DNA from: the human T2T-CHM13v2.0 reference genome, Homo sapiens
Reading direction: 5' to 3' (one strand)
Length of the DNA: 64,000 bases
NCBI RefSeq assembly: GCF_009914755.1
Contig: NC_060926.1
Positions 39,353 through 53,229 of this stretch are shown piece by piece. How positions within the stretch are numbered: position 1 is the stretch's first letter; each line of letters starts with the position of its first letter. Under the pieces are notes generated by a model, which had not been told where the DNA came from, did not search any database, and saw nothing but the letters and a program-made list of their open reading frames with translations. The translations under genes were made by a program, and so were the position numbers.

Positions 39353-41785
39353 CGTGTTTTGGAGTTCTTTTGGCTACAGAGAGGGAAAGAAACAGTGAAG
39401 ATGGTGAATTTCCTTCTTAAAAACCTCAGCCCATGGTTGATGAGGACATCTGCTCACATTTCACTGGCGAGAGTAGCTGCATGGCTGCCCTGAGTGCAAG
39501 GTAGGCTGTGAAATGTAGTCTTAGGTTGGGTGATACTTTCTAGCAGTGGCTTTATACTATGGCGAGGGGACATGCATTTTGGTCATTTATTTATTTGTGT
39601 CCTGGGGCCAACAGGTTGACTTCCCCAGACCCTGTGAGACCTGACCTGTGGCACAGAAGCTTAGGGCTGTTGTTAATTCAAAGAGCCCGTATTGGGGTGG
39701 GGGTATGTGTGAGAGGAATGGGTATCACCTGTTTGCCCTGGATTTGGGAGCCATACCCACCCCACATTCTTGTCAATGTCCAGAGGGCAGTTTGTTGTAA
39801 TAAAGAGTGTTGTTTTTGTAAGCAGGCAAACTTGGTTAAAATCTTCACTTACTGCTTACTAAGCTTGTGATTTTTGGGTGTGTTAGTTAACATCCTTAAT
39901 CTTCATTTTTCCCAAAAGTAAAATATGTATAATTATGTCTATGTTGAAAGGCTTTATAATAACGATACAAAAATGCCTACCTTGTCTTTAAATAAGATAA
40001 TGTCTGTTATGATGCTGGAAAGGACAGGCATAGAGCAGAGGTGGGATCTTTGCAGACTCTTCTCACTGAAGGGAGTTGGGAGGGGCTCTCTGTAGTGGCT
40101 GGGAAAGAGGGAGTGAGGAGAGAGGCTGTTTTACTGAGAGGCTGAGAAACAGCCTCAGGACCACACTTGTCCTATAAGATTGGTCAGGATGCTCCCAGCA
40201 GGCTGGAGCCTCCTCTAAAGTTGGGGATCAGGCTCCTCTTATCAGCCCAGGGACACCAGGTATGAGCTGCCATCCATTTTCTCTGGATCCTCCCAGTACT
40301 AACTGCCCCCAGTAAGGAGGAGACCTTCCTCCTGGAGCCCTGTGCAGCTTGGATGTGAGACTTCCTTCTAGGAACAAAACTGTCTGAACAGGGGAGGGGC
40401 CCATCCTGATTCAGGATGGAGGCACCTGCTGGGGCTGCTGGGGCTGCCGCCTGGGGCTGTAGATAGGGAGAGATGGCAGAGATAGTAGGAAGCCTTCCTG
40501 TTAGTGCCAACAAAAGAATAGCTGGGCACAGATAATGCAGCCTGTCATTTCCTAGCCTGGAGTGTGACAAGACTGGCTTTGTGTGGCTCAAATTAATTCT
40601 GTGTGTGTCTGTGTGTCTGGTATTCAGGGAGGGGTGGGGAAAGGCCATGGAAGGAGGGAGAGGCTGGGGCAGGACTGGGAATCTGACAGAGATAGTCTTT
40701 TGGGACTTTCCCATTTCCTCTTTCTACACCCCTTTCCTCTTCAGCTACCCAGCTCCTTTGGAATTCCTCCACATCCCTTCCCTTGGTTGACCTGCAGTAA
40801 GCTGGGGGTAGGATTATCCTAGGTTTTTCCTAGAATGATTTCCTCTTAAGAGCCCAAGACAGCAAAAGTGAAGCAGCATCTGCTCAGAGGCCACTGCTTA
40901 CCAGCTGATGCTATCATTGTGTCTGACATTCCAGGCAGATGGCATCAATGCCCCTTGGGAAAAATCTTGCTCACATTGTTGTTTATCTTTTGCGGCCCTG
41001 AAACCCTCATCTTTTTGTTGTTCCTGGTATTCAGAGTCTGTAGGGAAAGCTTCTGTCATACAAGTTGCTGAAAATGATGTCAAACACCTACTGTGTGCAA
41101 TGTACTGTGCTCAACATACTTTCTAGTGATGGTTCAAGCTTCACAGCAGATGTTCAGGATATCTATTTTTACCCCATTTTTACCACTGAGAAAAATAGTC
41201 TCAGAGAAAGTAAGGGATGTGCCCAGGGTCACGTGGCTTGTTAAAAGGTGCAAAACTGTCTGTTTTCAAAGTTGTCTCCTGCATGCTCTGATTCCCAGCT
41301 GGTTTTCTAAAACATCTTTGTAGATGAGCAATGAATTATTATATATAAGAAATGGGATGCTATTTATGAGACAGAGTTTTGCAGTCCTAAACTCAAACAT
41401 ACTGTTCTCTATCCTTTTGGAAAACATGATGGTTCTGTATCAGTGGTTAGAAAACCTAAACCCTAAGATCCCGACATGCCTACTGTGCCTCCTTGACCTA
41501 AGATGACACCCTATTATTCTGGTACCATCATCAGCAAGCCTGTTCCCTTTTCCCTGCTCCTTCTGACCATCCAGTATGGGTCAGTCTTACTTTTTTTATT
41601 TCTAAACTATGCTCTCTGACAGTTCTAAGCTGGTATTCCACCAAGAGGATGTGGCAGTGGTGGCATGAGTCCTCAGATATGGAATGATCAGAATTTCTGG
41701 AGCGATGTTTTTATTTTTTTAAAAAAAGCATATTCAGTATTATAATTTGATTTGTTTTAGTCATGATACTTAAATTGTGATAATG

Positions 41786-42158
41786 TGTATGAGTCCATTC
41801 TCACACTGCTAATAAAGACATACCCAAGACTGGGTAATTTATAAAGGAAAGAGATTTAATTGACTCACAGTTCTGCATGGCTGGGGAGGTGTCAGGAAAC
41901 TTATAATCATGGTGGAAGGGGAAGCAAGCACATCCTTCTTCACATGGCAGCAGCAAGGAGAAGTGCACAGCAAAGGTGGGAAAAATCCCCTTATAAAACC
42001 ATCAGATCTCGGGAGAACTCATCATCATCAGAACATTATGTAGGTAACCGCCCCTATGATTCAATTATCTCCAATCAGGTCCCTCCCATGACACTTGGGG
42101 ATTATGGGAACTACAGTTCGAGATAAGATTTGGGTGGGGACACAGCCAAACCGTATCA
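41786..42158 (-). mobile_element. Solo THE1 (B/C-like) MaLR LTR
   Basis: tgtatgagtccattctcacactgctaataaagacataccc...gacacagccaaaccgtatca; perfect TSD TAATG (41781-41785 / 42159-42163). Confidence 0.93.
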
Positions 42159-42303
42159 TAATGTTAAATAATATTAAAGGAATACATGAATACATGAAAT
42201 ATCAGTTTATCAAAAAGCACCACAGACTAAAATTTTAAGAAGTATAGTAATTTACAATAAGGTTTGAAAGATGAATATAAAGTGTCTCACCTTTCTCAGA
42301 ATA

Positions 42304-43778
42304 TTTTAACTTTAACATGTGGCTATGACAAAGGAATGATGGGATTTCTACGGTGGGTCAGGCCAATGAGAGAAATGGGGGAGAGACATTTTAGGAGTAG
42401 GAGGCTTTTCAGCGGCCCCAAATTGTACTCCATGGGGCCCAATGAAGGGGCTGAAAATGTTATGGGGAGATTCAAGTCCTTTCTGCTCTTTTTGACTCTC
42501 TCAGTGGTAACTTTGACTCCATGAAGGTTCTCTGCTCCTAGGGAAGCTGCTCTCAGGCCAGAGTGTTTGTGGTGGGGGATGAAGACGTGAAGGACAGAAG
42601 ACCTTGTTTGGGGTGGAGAGAGAACCCATTGGATCATTTTGCTCTAATTGAGAGGACTTAACTTGACTGTGGTTGTAGCCATTTTGCTTATAACCAGTAG
42701 GGGGAAGAAACAGGACTTGTGAGGGAGAGAGAACACAACCTTCTCTAGATCTAGATTAACTCATTGCGGAGGTTCGTTCTGTGCCCCTGGAGGCAAATAC
42801 TGGCAGGCTCATGGCCTTTGTGCTTATCTTTAGGAAATAGACAGTCGGGTGGACACCGTCATTCACACAGACTCAATTCAGAAATGAGAATAGCCAGTCT
42901 AAAATATATGTATATCAAAATTCTGAAGTGGACCAACTGAAATATTTCCCTGCTCCACCCTCAAGATTGCACCTCCTCACTGTGGGAGTTTTTGAGTGGG
43001 AATGGGGGATCTTGCTCTATGTTCCCCTCCACTCCCCCACTACCTTTTTTTTTTTTTTTTTGGCTGCTGTTTTGATACACCATGAATTGGTGTGAGAGGG
43101 AGGGACAGAAGAGGACAGTTTTTATTGGCTGGGTGGATATGTGCTTCGCTTCCGGGGACTGGAAAGTGGTTAAAGCGAAGTTTCTCTCTGTTGAGTGCTT
43201 TTGTAGGCTCTCTGGGGTTCTCCAGCTGGGCCTCTCTCCTTGTTCTCTTATTCCAGGTGTTCCCTTGGGACTCCTGCCTCAGCTTTTAGACACTGGATAT
43301 ACTGCCAGCCTCTTACTGGCATCCCTCCCAGGGCCCACGAAGACCTCATGTCTGTTTTCTTTCCTGGGTGGCTCACATGTCACTCATGGGCTTGTTCCTA
43401 TGCAGCAGCCTCTTTCAGCTGTCACCACGCAGTTGCTTTTTACTCAAATTCTACATTTCCTGTGCCACAGTCAGACCTCAGTCTACAGTCCTTTTGATCT
43501 TCCTCAGACATGAGCCAGGCACCAGTCCCCAGTGTTCTCCTGTTGTAGAAGCCATAGTACAGAGCATCCTGAGTGGTTGCCTTGGAGGCCCTCTTTGGTG
43601 AGTTGTTAGAGGCAGCTCATCCTTATCCCTGAAAAGAGAGTGGAGTGGCGAATCACAGCCTAAAACCACTCCCTCCAAAGAAATTTTTAATTTTAACATG
43701 TGGCTATGACAAAGAATGATGGGATTTCTACAGTGGGTCAGGCCAATGAGAGAAATGGGGGAGAGACATTTTAGGAGT
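42304..43778 (+). repeat. Dispersed ~95-bp direct repeat pair (42304-42398 and 43685-43778)
   Basis: Two copies differ by 2 substitutions and a 1-bp indel. Confidence 0.95.
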
Positions 43779-44870
43779 CTCTCTCAATCAATTTAAGATC
43801 CTTCTATGACTCAATTTTATATCCTTAATCTGGTTGAGGGGTTCATGCCTCAGGGAACAGATTTGTCTTCATTCTCTTTGTAAATTCTTACACTGTGCAT
43901 GTCGGCCTGGGAGGTCTGCCTTCCATTTCCTTTGATATACTGATATCTATCATTTTGATGCCTAAATTAAAAACTGAAGACAAACGACCGATATTAGGAC
44001 AGATGTGTTCTGTTCTAATACCCTGTGCATGATCCATCTGATGTTGGCTGTTATTCTTCAGGTACACTGTCTCTCTGAGTGGAGACACAGGAGTCTTAAC
44101 AGTGATACGAGCATACCTACCACGCCACATACCTGCCATATCCACAGAGCAGTAGGGTTTTGGGATGGTGCAGCTGAAAAGGGCAGAGGATATCAGGGTG
44201 GGATTGGGGGATAAGTGGGTGGAGGAAAGGGGCCTCATATCTCCCATGGTGATAGAGTTCTTTAGATGAGACTTTGGATCCATATGAGCTGACTGCAGTA
44301 TCCTAGGGAGGGGGTATAATCTTTGGATCACATTAGCCTAAATCCTAAGCCCACTGGCACTTAGCAAGGACAAGCTACCCACCTAGAAAGAGCAGGAGGT
44401 GTCTGTGATGCTAATGCCTTGGCTCACACTGAGGAACCTCCAAAGCCTATCTTTCTCCCTGGCCCTGATTCAGCCTTTTCTTAGCTCCTTGCTGAGTTAC
44501 AGCTCTGTGTCCTGTTGAAGTAGAATATAAAGATGGGCTGAGCTGCCCGGGCTTATGAAGCTTTCAAAGGCAGAGCCCAGGCAAGAGCATAGGTTGCTTG
44601 ATACCTGAATGCTGGAAGTTCCAGGGAATGTTCCCATTGCCAAGAAATGCCTCCCATAGTGTACACATTTTGCCTAGTGGAGAACTTCACTTACCCCTTA
44701 GGGTGAGAGCCTCAGTGCAGAGCTCTGAGGCTCATAAACTCCTTCAGAACCTCAGAGCTTTGGTCTGTTGACTCCTTGCCTTTGAAGCAGCATCACACAG
44801 GGGCTCGGAAGCCTGTCCCTGGAGTGAGGGGACCGACATTTGAATCTCTACGTTTAAATTGCAAGTTGTA

Positions 44871-45126
<256 letters not shown>

Positions 45127-45918
45127 TTAGTTTTCCCATCTGTAATTTGAGAATAATGGCAACATGATTATGAGATAATCCATGTAAACCCTAAGGCACA
45201 TAATTATCTCTTTAACTGTTACTTTTATCAAATTACTTTGTAGCAACCCACAGAGAGATACACTTGGCACTTAACAAACACAAAGCAACCACAACCAAAC
45301 ACACATACACACACACATAGACACACACACACCATGCACATATACAAAACCTTCTACAAGTGATGGAGGTAGTGTAGGAGAATCTGTGTTGGGAACAGAC
45401 CCTTAATTTGACAAACACAGAGTTAATAATATTCACGCTCATGTGATTTTAACACAATGAAGCACTGTCCCCTTCCAACGGAGTACACATTGTTCGTCTT
45501 GCTTGAAAGTGTATTTTCCTAAAAGTAGCTTGGATTAGCGAGCAGGGGTCAGTGATAAGCAATCTCACTTAACTGGATATCCTGTTTGGGAACCATGTCT
45601 GATGTCCAGTTTCCTTACTCCACACCTCCCAACCCCTGAACCCCTTCTACCATCTTGTTAATATTTACGGTTGCAGTTTGCTCTTCCAGTACAAAATGCC
45701 AGAAGTGTTCTCGAATTGCCTCATAAAATAAACTCAATTTAGAAAGCTTTATTCACTAAGGATTTATTAGCTCTTCACACTCTGGAAGCCTGAAGTTTTA
45801 TTTTGAGCCAGTTAGTTGTGCACCCAAATCGGCTGAGTAGTTCTACCCTTGAGACAACAGGCCGGTTGGAGGCAAGAGTTTTTGAGCTGCCAACAACTTC
45901 CCCTTTGGCTTAAGGTCA

Positions 45919-45948
45919 CGCGCGCGCGCGCGCGTGTGTGTGTGTGTG
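45919..45948. repeat. (CG)8(TG)7 alternating purine-pyrimidine tract
   Basis: Read directly. Confidence 0.97.
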
Positions 45949-48319
45949 TTGTAGAGGTGGGTGCTACTTTTCCAGGGTGTAGCCATCCACATATACCCTG
46001 AAAGCCCAAAGGCTGACCCAGAAAGGCTGAAGTTTTAACCACTAGGTGTTGGGAATAGGGGTGGGACAGATGTTTCTACAGATTCATTGCCCACAGTGAT
46101 TTCCAGTAAAATTTACAGATAGTACAAGCTCTATATGTGGTCAGAGGGATGATGGGAGTAATGAGGAAAGGTCACACATGAAGAGTTAAATCCCAGTGGG
46201 AGGCAACCTTGCCAATGTGGTCTCAAGGGGCTGGATGAATAACTGAGCCCAGAGCAGAGAAGGACATGTCAGAGTGGGTTGGTTAGGGAAGACTTCATGT
46301 CATAAAAAGACAAGATTTTAACTGGATCTGCAAGCTTGGGTTTATTTGGACAGGCAAAGAGGAAGAGGAAACACTTTGAGGATTATTAGAAAGACCTCCC
46401 TTTGGTTTGGATTTCAGCCAGGACTTGTCTGCCACTGTAAGGAGAAACTTATCAATTTCAGAACTATGTTCAGTTTTAGCTACATACACTCAGACCAACT
46501 ATCTGGGAACGTCAGGAAAAAAAGGAATTATCAGAAAGCTATCTCTATCTCTTCCTACTTTTTACTCTCCCACCTAAGGCTTAAAAACTAAGTAACTAAT
46601 GCGGGCTAAAGGAAAAATACATTTTGTAAGTTACATAAGTATTTAGTAGCAACCTATCTCCTGAATTTTTTGGGAGGCGGGGAGGTACTTCAACATCTGG
46701 AAAACATCATCAGATATGGAAGTCAGTGCCAAAGACCTCTGAGGACAAAGGAAAGGAGCTGTCACAAGGCCTGTCTGTGAAGTCACTCTGCAGGAAACAA
46801 TAGCAGAGATGTCTTCTGGCCAGAATCTATTTTGAATTAGTTTTGTGAAAATTGAGGTTGCTGATGTGGCAAAGCCCAGGCAAGGGAGGAATGAGGGTGG
46901 AGGGAGGGAGGGCTGCTTGAAGCTGACACTCCAAAAAGTTCCCGAAAAGAGGAAGAACATAGCAGAATCTGTAGTCTGAAGCCACTCAATGTAGAAGCAG
47001 TCTTGTGTCTCGGTTATGACCCTGGACTATAAAGAAAAAGCTAAAAGATGTACATTTTGTTCTGTGTAGTAAGTTAGAAAAGAGTTTTAGAAAGATTTCT
47101 ATAAAAGTTGGTCAACAATGTTGACATATCAAAGGGGAAGTCTCAGATGTCCACATCGGAGAGAAGGGAGTGGGCCCGTGCTGAGAGCTTACTCTGTTAG
47201 GTGCTCTCAACTATTGTATCATTCGGCCATCACAGCTCTGGTGAGGTATTCTTATTCCATTTTTCCTTTGGGGAAACTCAGGCTCAGAGATACTAGGTAA
47301 CTTGCCTGTAGTCAAATAGTAGCTGAGGAAGGATTTGAACCTACTTCTTAGGACATTACAAATCATATCACCATTTATGTAGAAACTTTGTTTTTCAACG
47401 ATGTGCAGGACAGGTTTTGTTGTTCCACTTTGTGGGTCCTCTTTCAGGCTGCTTGAAATAAAGCTGTCTGAGGACAGGCACTGGCTTGGTTTAATGTGAG
47501 TAATTAGTGCCTCGTGCCCCCTGATATTTAATGTTTTCCAAGGCTAGAAGGAGAATGAGAAGTGGTAATTCATCTACAATGACTTGCACATAATAAGAAT
47601 TCAATAAATGTTATCTCTCATCATGATGATGATATGAAGATGACTAAATAATCTCTGCCTGAAAGGATTTCCTCTGACAGACTATTGATTTCTGCCAAAG
47701 GATAAAGATTGTCATCTCAGCATCATTAGTTATGAAGCATTTATAAAATGAAGGTGAGGAAACAGGCTCTGTAGCCCAGAGCTTAACTCCCTGTTCTGCT
47801 GTCTCCTAATAGTGCTACAGAGCTCACCTGTCATGTAATGGAAGGCAAAGTATATCTATTAGTAGTTTTTGTTATTTTAGGCAATGAGAAACATTAGAGG
47901 TTTTTCTCCTTTTAGAGCTATAATAACTTTCTAAATAGTCTTGTGGAGGTTTTCTTTGGGAATATACACAGCTTTTCAATTCTGCTGAGTGACAAATCTT
48001 CTCTTAGCTAGTAAGAAGCTGTCCTTTTGCATAGCCGAAGCTCATCCTCACTTGACCAACCCCTCCATTCCTTTTGTGAAGACAAAATACTATGCATAGT
48101 GAAGTTCCCATTTGGGGCTAAAGGCAGATGAGGGGACAGCATCTTTTAGCCTTGACTTCCACACTAGAACACCAGAAGGGGAGTTAATTACCCATTAGAT
48201 TGTGCTGAAAGTAATTGCTAGAAGCCTTCAGAGTGGGGACAGAATTGATGCCTGGGATGAAGTGGTCAGGTAGGTTTCTTGGAGGACACAGTCCTGAACT
48301 GGTGGGGCCCAAAATAGTC

Positions 48320-48560
48320 CTCAAGGCAGATAAAAGCCAGACTTAAACGGTATGAATCTCAACTCTGCCACTTACTAGTGACCTTGGTGGCTTTCTGCAT
48401 CTTTCTGTGCATCGGTTTCTTCATTTATAAAAATAGGAATAATAGTAACACCTACCTCATAGATTGTTTTGAGGATTAAATGAATTGGTATATCTCAAGT
48501 GCTGAAAACAGTGCCTGACACATAGTAAAAGCTGAATGAATATTAGGTAATTTTATTAAA
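48320..48560 (+). mobile_element. MIR
   Basis: ctctgccacttactagtgaccttgg...tttcttcatttataaaataggaataatagta...cctacctcatagattgtt..gaggattaaatga. Confidence 0.85.
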
Positions 48561-49048
48561 GACTGGGGAGGTTTGGGTAGTCAGAGAGGAGAAGCCAGAT
48601 CTCAGAGGCAGGAAAGAGAATTCAGGTTAAATTTACCTTCCCTCCCAGCCAAGGCAGGAGACCTGACTCTTCCCATTCCCCAGTGACACAGCCGAGGGCA
48701 AAATGTTTTCCTATTGACACCCCTGAAGACATAAGTGAGTGACTCCCTTGGTGGCTGCAAGCTGGTAAGCAGTTTTTGGAAGAGCTTAGTTTGTTTTTTT
48801 TTGGAATGTATTTGGGCCTGGGGAAATGCTGGCCCTGAGGGGCATATTTATTTCTCTTAGAAAACATTGCTTGTTGGAAATTCAAGACTTGACTACTCAG
48901 CTTCACTCAAAGCCATGCTTGAGCCCAGCTATTGGTTTCCATATGAGACTTCAGGGAAGACCTGGGTCTCGCCTGAGGTTGGATCTGTTCTTAAAGACAC
49001 CATACGGGTTCTTTTAAACATGAAATAGGCATTTATTGATCATCTTCA

Positions 49049-49641
<593 letters not shown>

Positions 49642-51387
49642 CTAAGGTTAATACTGTGTGTGCATATATGCATATGTGTTGTATATGTGTGTAAGGGGAA
49701 AGAAAGATGAGATGGGATGGTGCAGTTTAGGATAGTCAGAAAGACCTGATCTGGATTAAGGAGGAAAAAGTCAGTTTTTGTAATGTCTTACTGGCCAACT
49801 TTGGGTAAGTCCCTTCACTTGTATGGAACTTGTAAAATGGAGAGAGTAATAATATAAATTTGGCCTATTTCCTAAGGCTATTTCATAATAGTACTCTGAA
49901 AGCACTTAAAACTTATAGTAGTACACATATTTAAAGAGAATCATTGTCATGTTACTATTTCATTTGGGAATCATGTTATGATTTCATTTAGACTATAAAT
50001 CTGTAGTACTAGGAATATGTGAGTGTGAATGATTAGGAATCATCATTATGAATAGTATCTTTAATATTTCCACTGCTATCATTAGAGGCAGAGAAGTAGA
50101 GCCTCTGTTTATGATGGTGGGCAGTGTTTGTAAGTGGTCGACCATTCCTCCTGCCATTCCACCTGTCCCCACCTCCTCCACCTACTTACACACAAAGGTG
50201 GTGACAGAATATATTAAAAAAATGGAGGCTATGTTTCTCCAAATCCAGTTTACAGAATAGCAATTCTTGTGATTACTTTTCCATTATTGGTTTACAGTTA
50301 TTACTTGGTCAGATGGGTCAGGCAATGGCGGGAGCACTGTGGATGGTGGCATAATATGATACAGAAGGGAGACTTCCCTGCAGAGGGATGATGGGGAGGA
50401 CTTCAAAGACAAGCTCCAGAAATAGGGCATATGGAAGCCAATCTGGTCGTCAGAAAAGTCTATTAATCTTCCATTCTGACTGGAAGGCCACCATGTGAAC
50501 TTGGCAGGTTTTCTTTCTCAAAGCCTCAGTTTCTTTATCTTTAAATTGGAGATAATAATACCAATTTTATATATAATAAGTATGTCAGATTTTATGTAAC
50601 TCATCAATAAATGAGGGAACCAGTGAGATGACATAACTGGCTTACAGAACAATTCAAAGAACCACACATAATATAGGCAATAAGGAATGCCGAAATGAAT
50701 GTACAAATAAGTGCAAGCTGAGTCTATTAAAAGGCAACAATCGATTGCATTCCGCTGGGCAGATTCATTTGCATTTCAGTGGATGAAAGTTATTTGCATC
50801 GTTGTCAGTTTTCTGCATTTTACAGTGTTGAGGAATAGCTAAAAATGATCATAACCCAGATCATGGCTTGTTTTCCATTTATAATACTCAGTAATCTTTT
50901 TGGTCCATTTTAGTCTTTTTTACAATTTTCCCTCACTTAATTAAGTAGAGATAATGCATACAGAGTGCTCGACAAAGAGTAAGTGCTCAATCAATGCTAG
51001 CTATTATAAAAATCATTTAAATAATAGTAATAATAAAAATTTTCTGCACTGCTGGCAGAGTTATCTCTCCAAAGTACAGCTTTAGCCATGATAGCTTCTT
51101 CTCACATTCAGTGACTCATCATTGTCTCTGAAATAAATTCCACACTTCTTAGCTAGATATTTAAAGTTCTTTGATCTGTCTCCATCTAAACTTGCCAGTC
51201 TATTTTCTACACATAACTCCTTGCAAGATCTGTCATGATGACTAGAGTTTTACCATTTGGGATCAATCTTTTTTGATAATGAAGAGTTTGGGGTCTCTAA
51301 GTGCTCCCTCTGAAGATGCAAATGTCACTAAGAAAGGATTTTGCCCAGAAATGATCTGGCAGCAACACAGTTGCCCAAATTAGCAAG

Positions 51388-51785
51388 TGTATTAGTATGC
51401 TTGGGCTGCCATAACAAAATGTTTAAGCTTGGGTGGCTTAAACAACAGACATTATTTTTTCTCACAGTTCTAGAGGCTGGGAAGTCCATGATCAAGGTGC
51501 TAGCTGATTCGGTTTCTCATACTGGCTCTCTCCCTAGTGCAGATAGCCATCTTGTTGCTGTGTCCTCACATGGCCTTTCCTCTGTGCATGTGGAGGGAGA
51601 GAGAGATTTCTGATGTTTCTTCCCCTTTTGATAAGGACCCCAGTCCTATCATATTTAGGTGCCCACCCTTATGACCTCATTCAACCTTAATTACCCTCCT
51701 CAAGGTCTTATCTCCGAATACAGTTACATCAAGGGGTTGGGATTTCAACATGTGAATTTTGAGGGGACACAATTCAATCTATACA
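51388..51785 (-). mobile_element. Solo MLT1A-type MaLR LTR
   Basis: tgtattagt...gctgccataacaaaat...ggtggcttaaacaacaga...gaggggacacaattcaatc; TSD gcaag/gcaac. Confidence 0.85.
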
Positions 51786-51829
51786 GCAACATACTAGAAG
51801 ATAGGGTGTAGTCAAGAATGGAGACTGGG

Positions 51830-52129
51830 GGCTGAGTGCAGTGGCTCACATCTGTAACCCCAGCACTGGGAGGCCAAGGTGGAAGGATCACTTGAGCCCA
51901 GGAGTTCAAGACCAGCCTGGGCAACATGGCAAAATTGTATCTTTACAAAAAATACAAAAATTAGCTGGGCATTGTGGCGCATGCCTGTGGTCCCAGCTAC
52001 TTGGAGGCTGAGGTGGGAGGATCACTTGAGCCCAGGAAGATGAGGCTGCAGTGAGCTGTGATTGTGACACTGCACTCAAGACTGGGTGACAAAGTGAGAC
52101 CCTGTCTCAGAAAAAAAAAAAAAAAAAAA
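51830..52129 (+). mobile_element. AluJ
   Basis: ggatcacttgagcccaggag in both arms; poly-A tail. Confidence 0.95.
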
Positions 52130-53229
52130 GGGAGAGAAACTGGGAAGGCCGGCTTCACCGTTGTTCCACAAAATTATTCTGCTGAGTTTTCTTTGAGATG
52201 AGATCAACACAACTCTTACTTGAAGGACTCTGAACGTGACTCCCATATTCCAGAACAGGAGTCTTAGCTGGGGAAGATGAAGTGTGGGACTGGGTTCTCT
52301 TCTGCCACTCTCTCAGCCTCCAGTGGGTGTCTCACTTAAGCTGAAAACTGGGGACAGCTGCCTAGGACTGGCTGAGATTTTCACTGAAAGACAAATGCCG
52401 AGAAATGCTTCTCTTAAAAGATTCCTAAGAATCTTTCCTAAGAATCCTTTTCCTAAGAAACCTTCTCTTAAAAGATTCCTAAGGTTCTGTAGTTTGCTCT
52501 TTTGAGTGTCTAAAACATATGATTTTCTTTGTTCATATATTTGATTTTTGTCCAGACATGTTTATTTTAAAGTTTTCCATTCATACCACTCTTTAGGGAC
52601 ATTATAGGGCATCATTTGGCTTAATTGAGACATCTAATCCATCACAACGCTAATAGGTTAAAAAAACTACAAAATAGATGCATGATTTAGGGGTAGCAAA
52701 ACACTTGGAATTAACTAAATTAATTAATTATAAATTATTATAAATAAATTAAAGTTTTCGATTTGGGAAAAGTATTATTTCTTTTTCAAAGTGTGTTATA
52801 TGCCAAACTCAATTACTAAGGTTTACAGGAAGACATTTGGGTAATTTCAGAAGCAATTGCAGTAGGTACTATCATATGAAATTGTCTGTTGAGTGGGTAG
52901 ATAACACTTTCTATTATTATGGTTTGTTTATTGGGAGCCAAGAGGGATGAGAGTGTTAAGTGGTGTGCACATTAAGTTGAGGCAGTGAAACATAGTGAAA
53001 AAGAAAAAATAACTGGATTTGGAGGCTAATAGACAACTAGCTCTGTGACATTGGTTAAGTCCCTTAATTTTTAGGCCACAGTTGACTTATCTGTAAAATG
53101 ATTGTTGATGACCTCTAAAGTTCTGTAGTAGTTAGGATAGTTTTAGCTGCTGCAATAAACTCCACAATTCCAGTGGCTCAATCCGATAGAAATAAACTTA
53201 AAATACTTTTGGCTGTTGAAGTTTTTTTT

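Noticed and set aside
52408-52483. Repeat-spacer-repeat pattern as CRISPR-like (also 42304-43778)
   Set aside because: Only two copies, the spacer is built from the repeat itself or is 1.3 kb long, no cas genes, mammalian context
52708-52753. Near-pure AT run with TAAT cores
   Set aside because: Low-complexity sequence; motifs expected from composition
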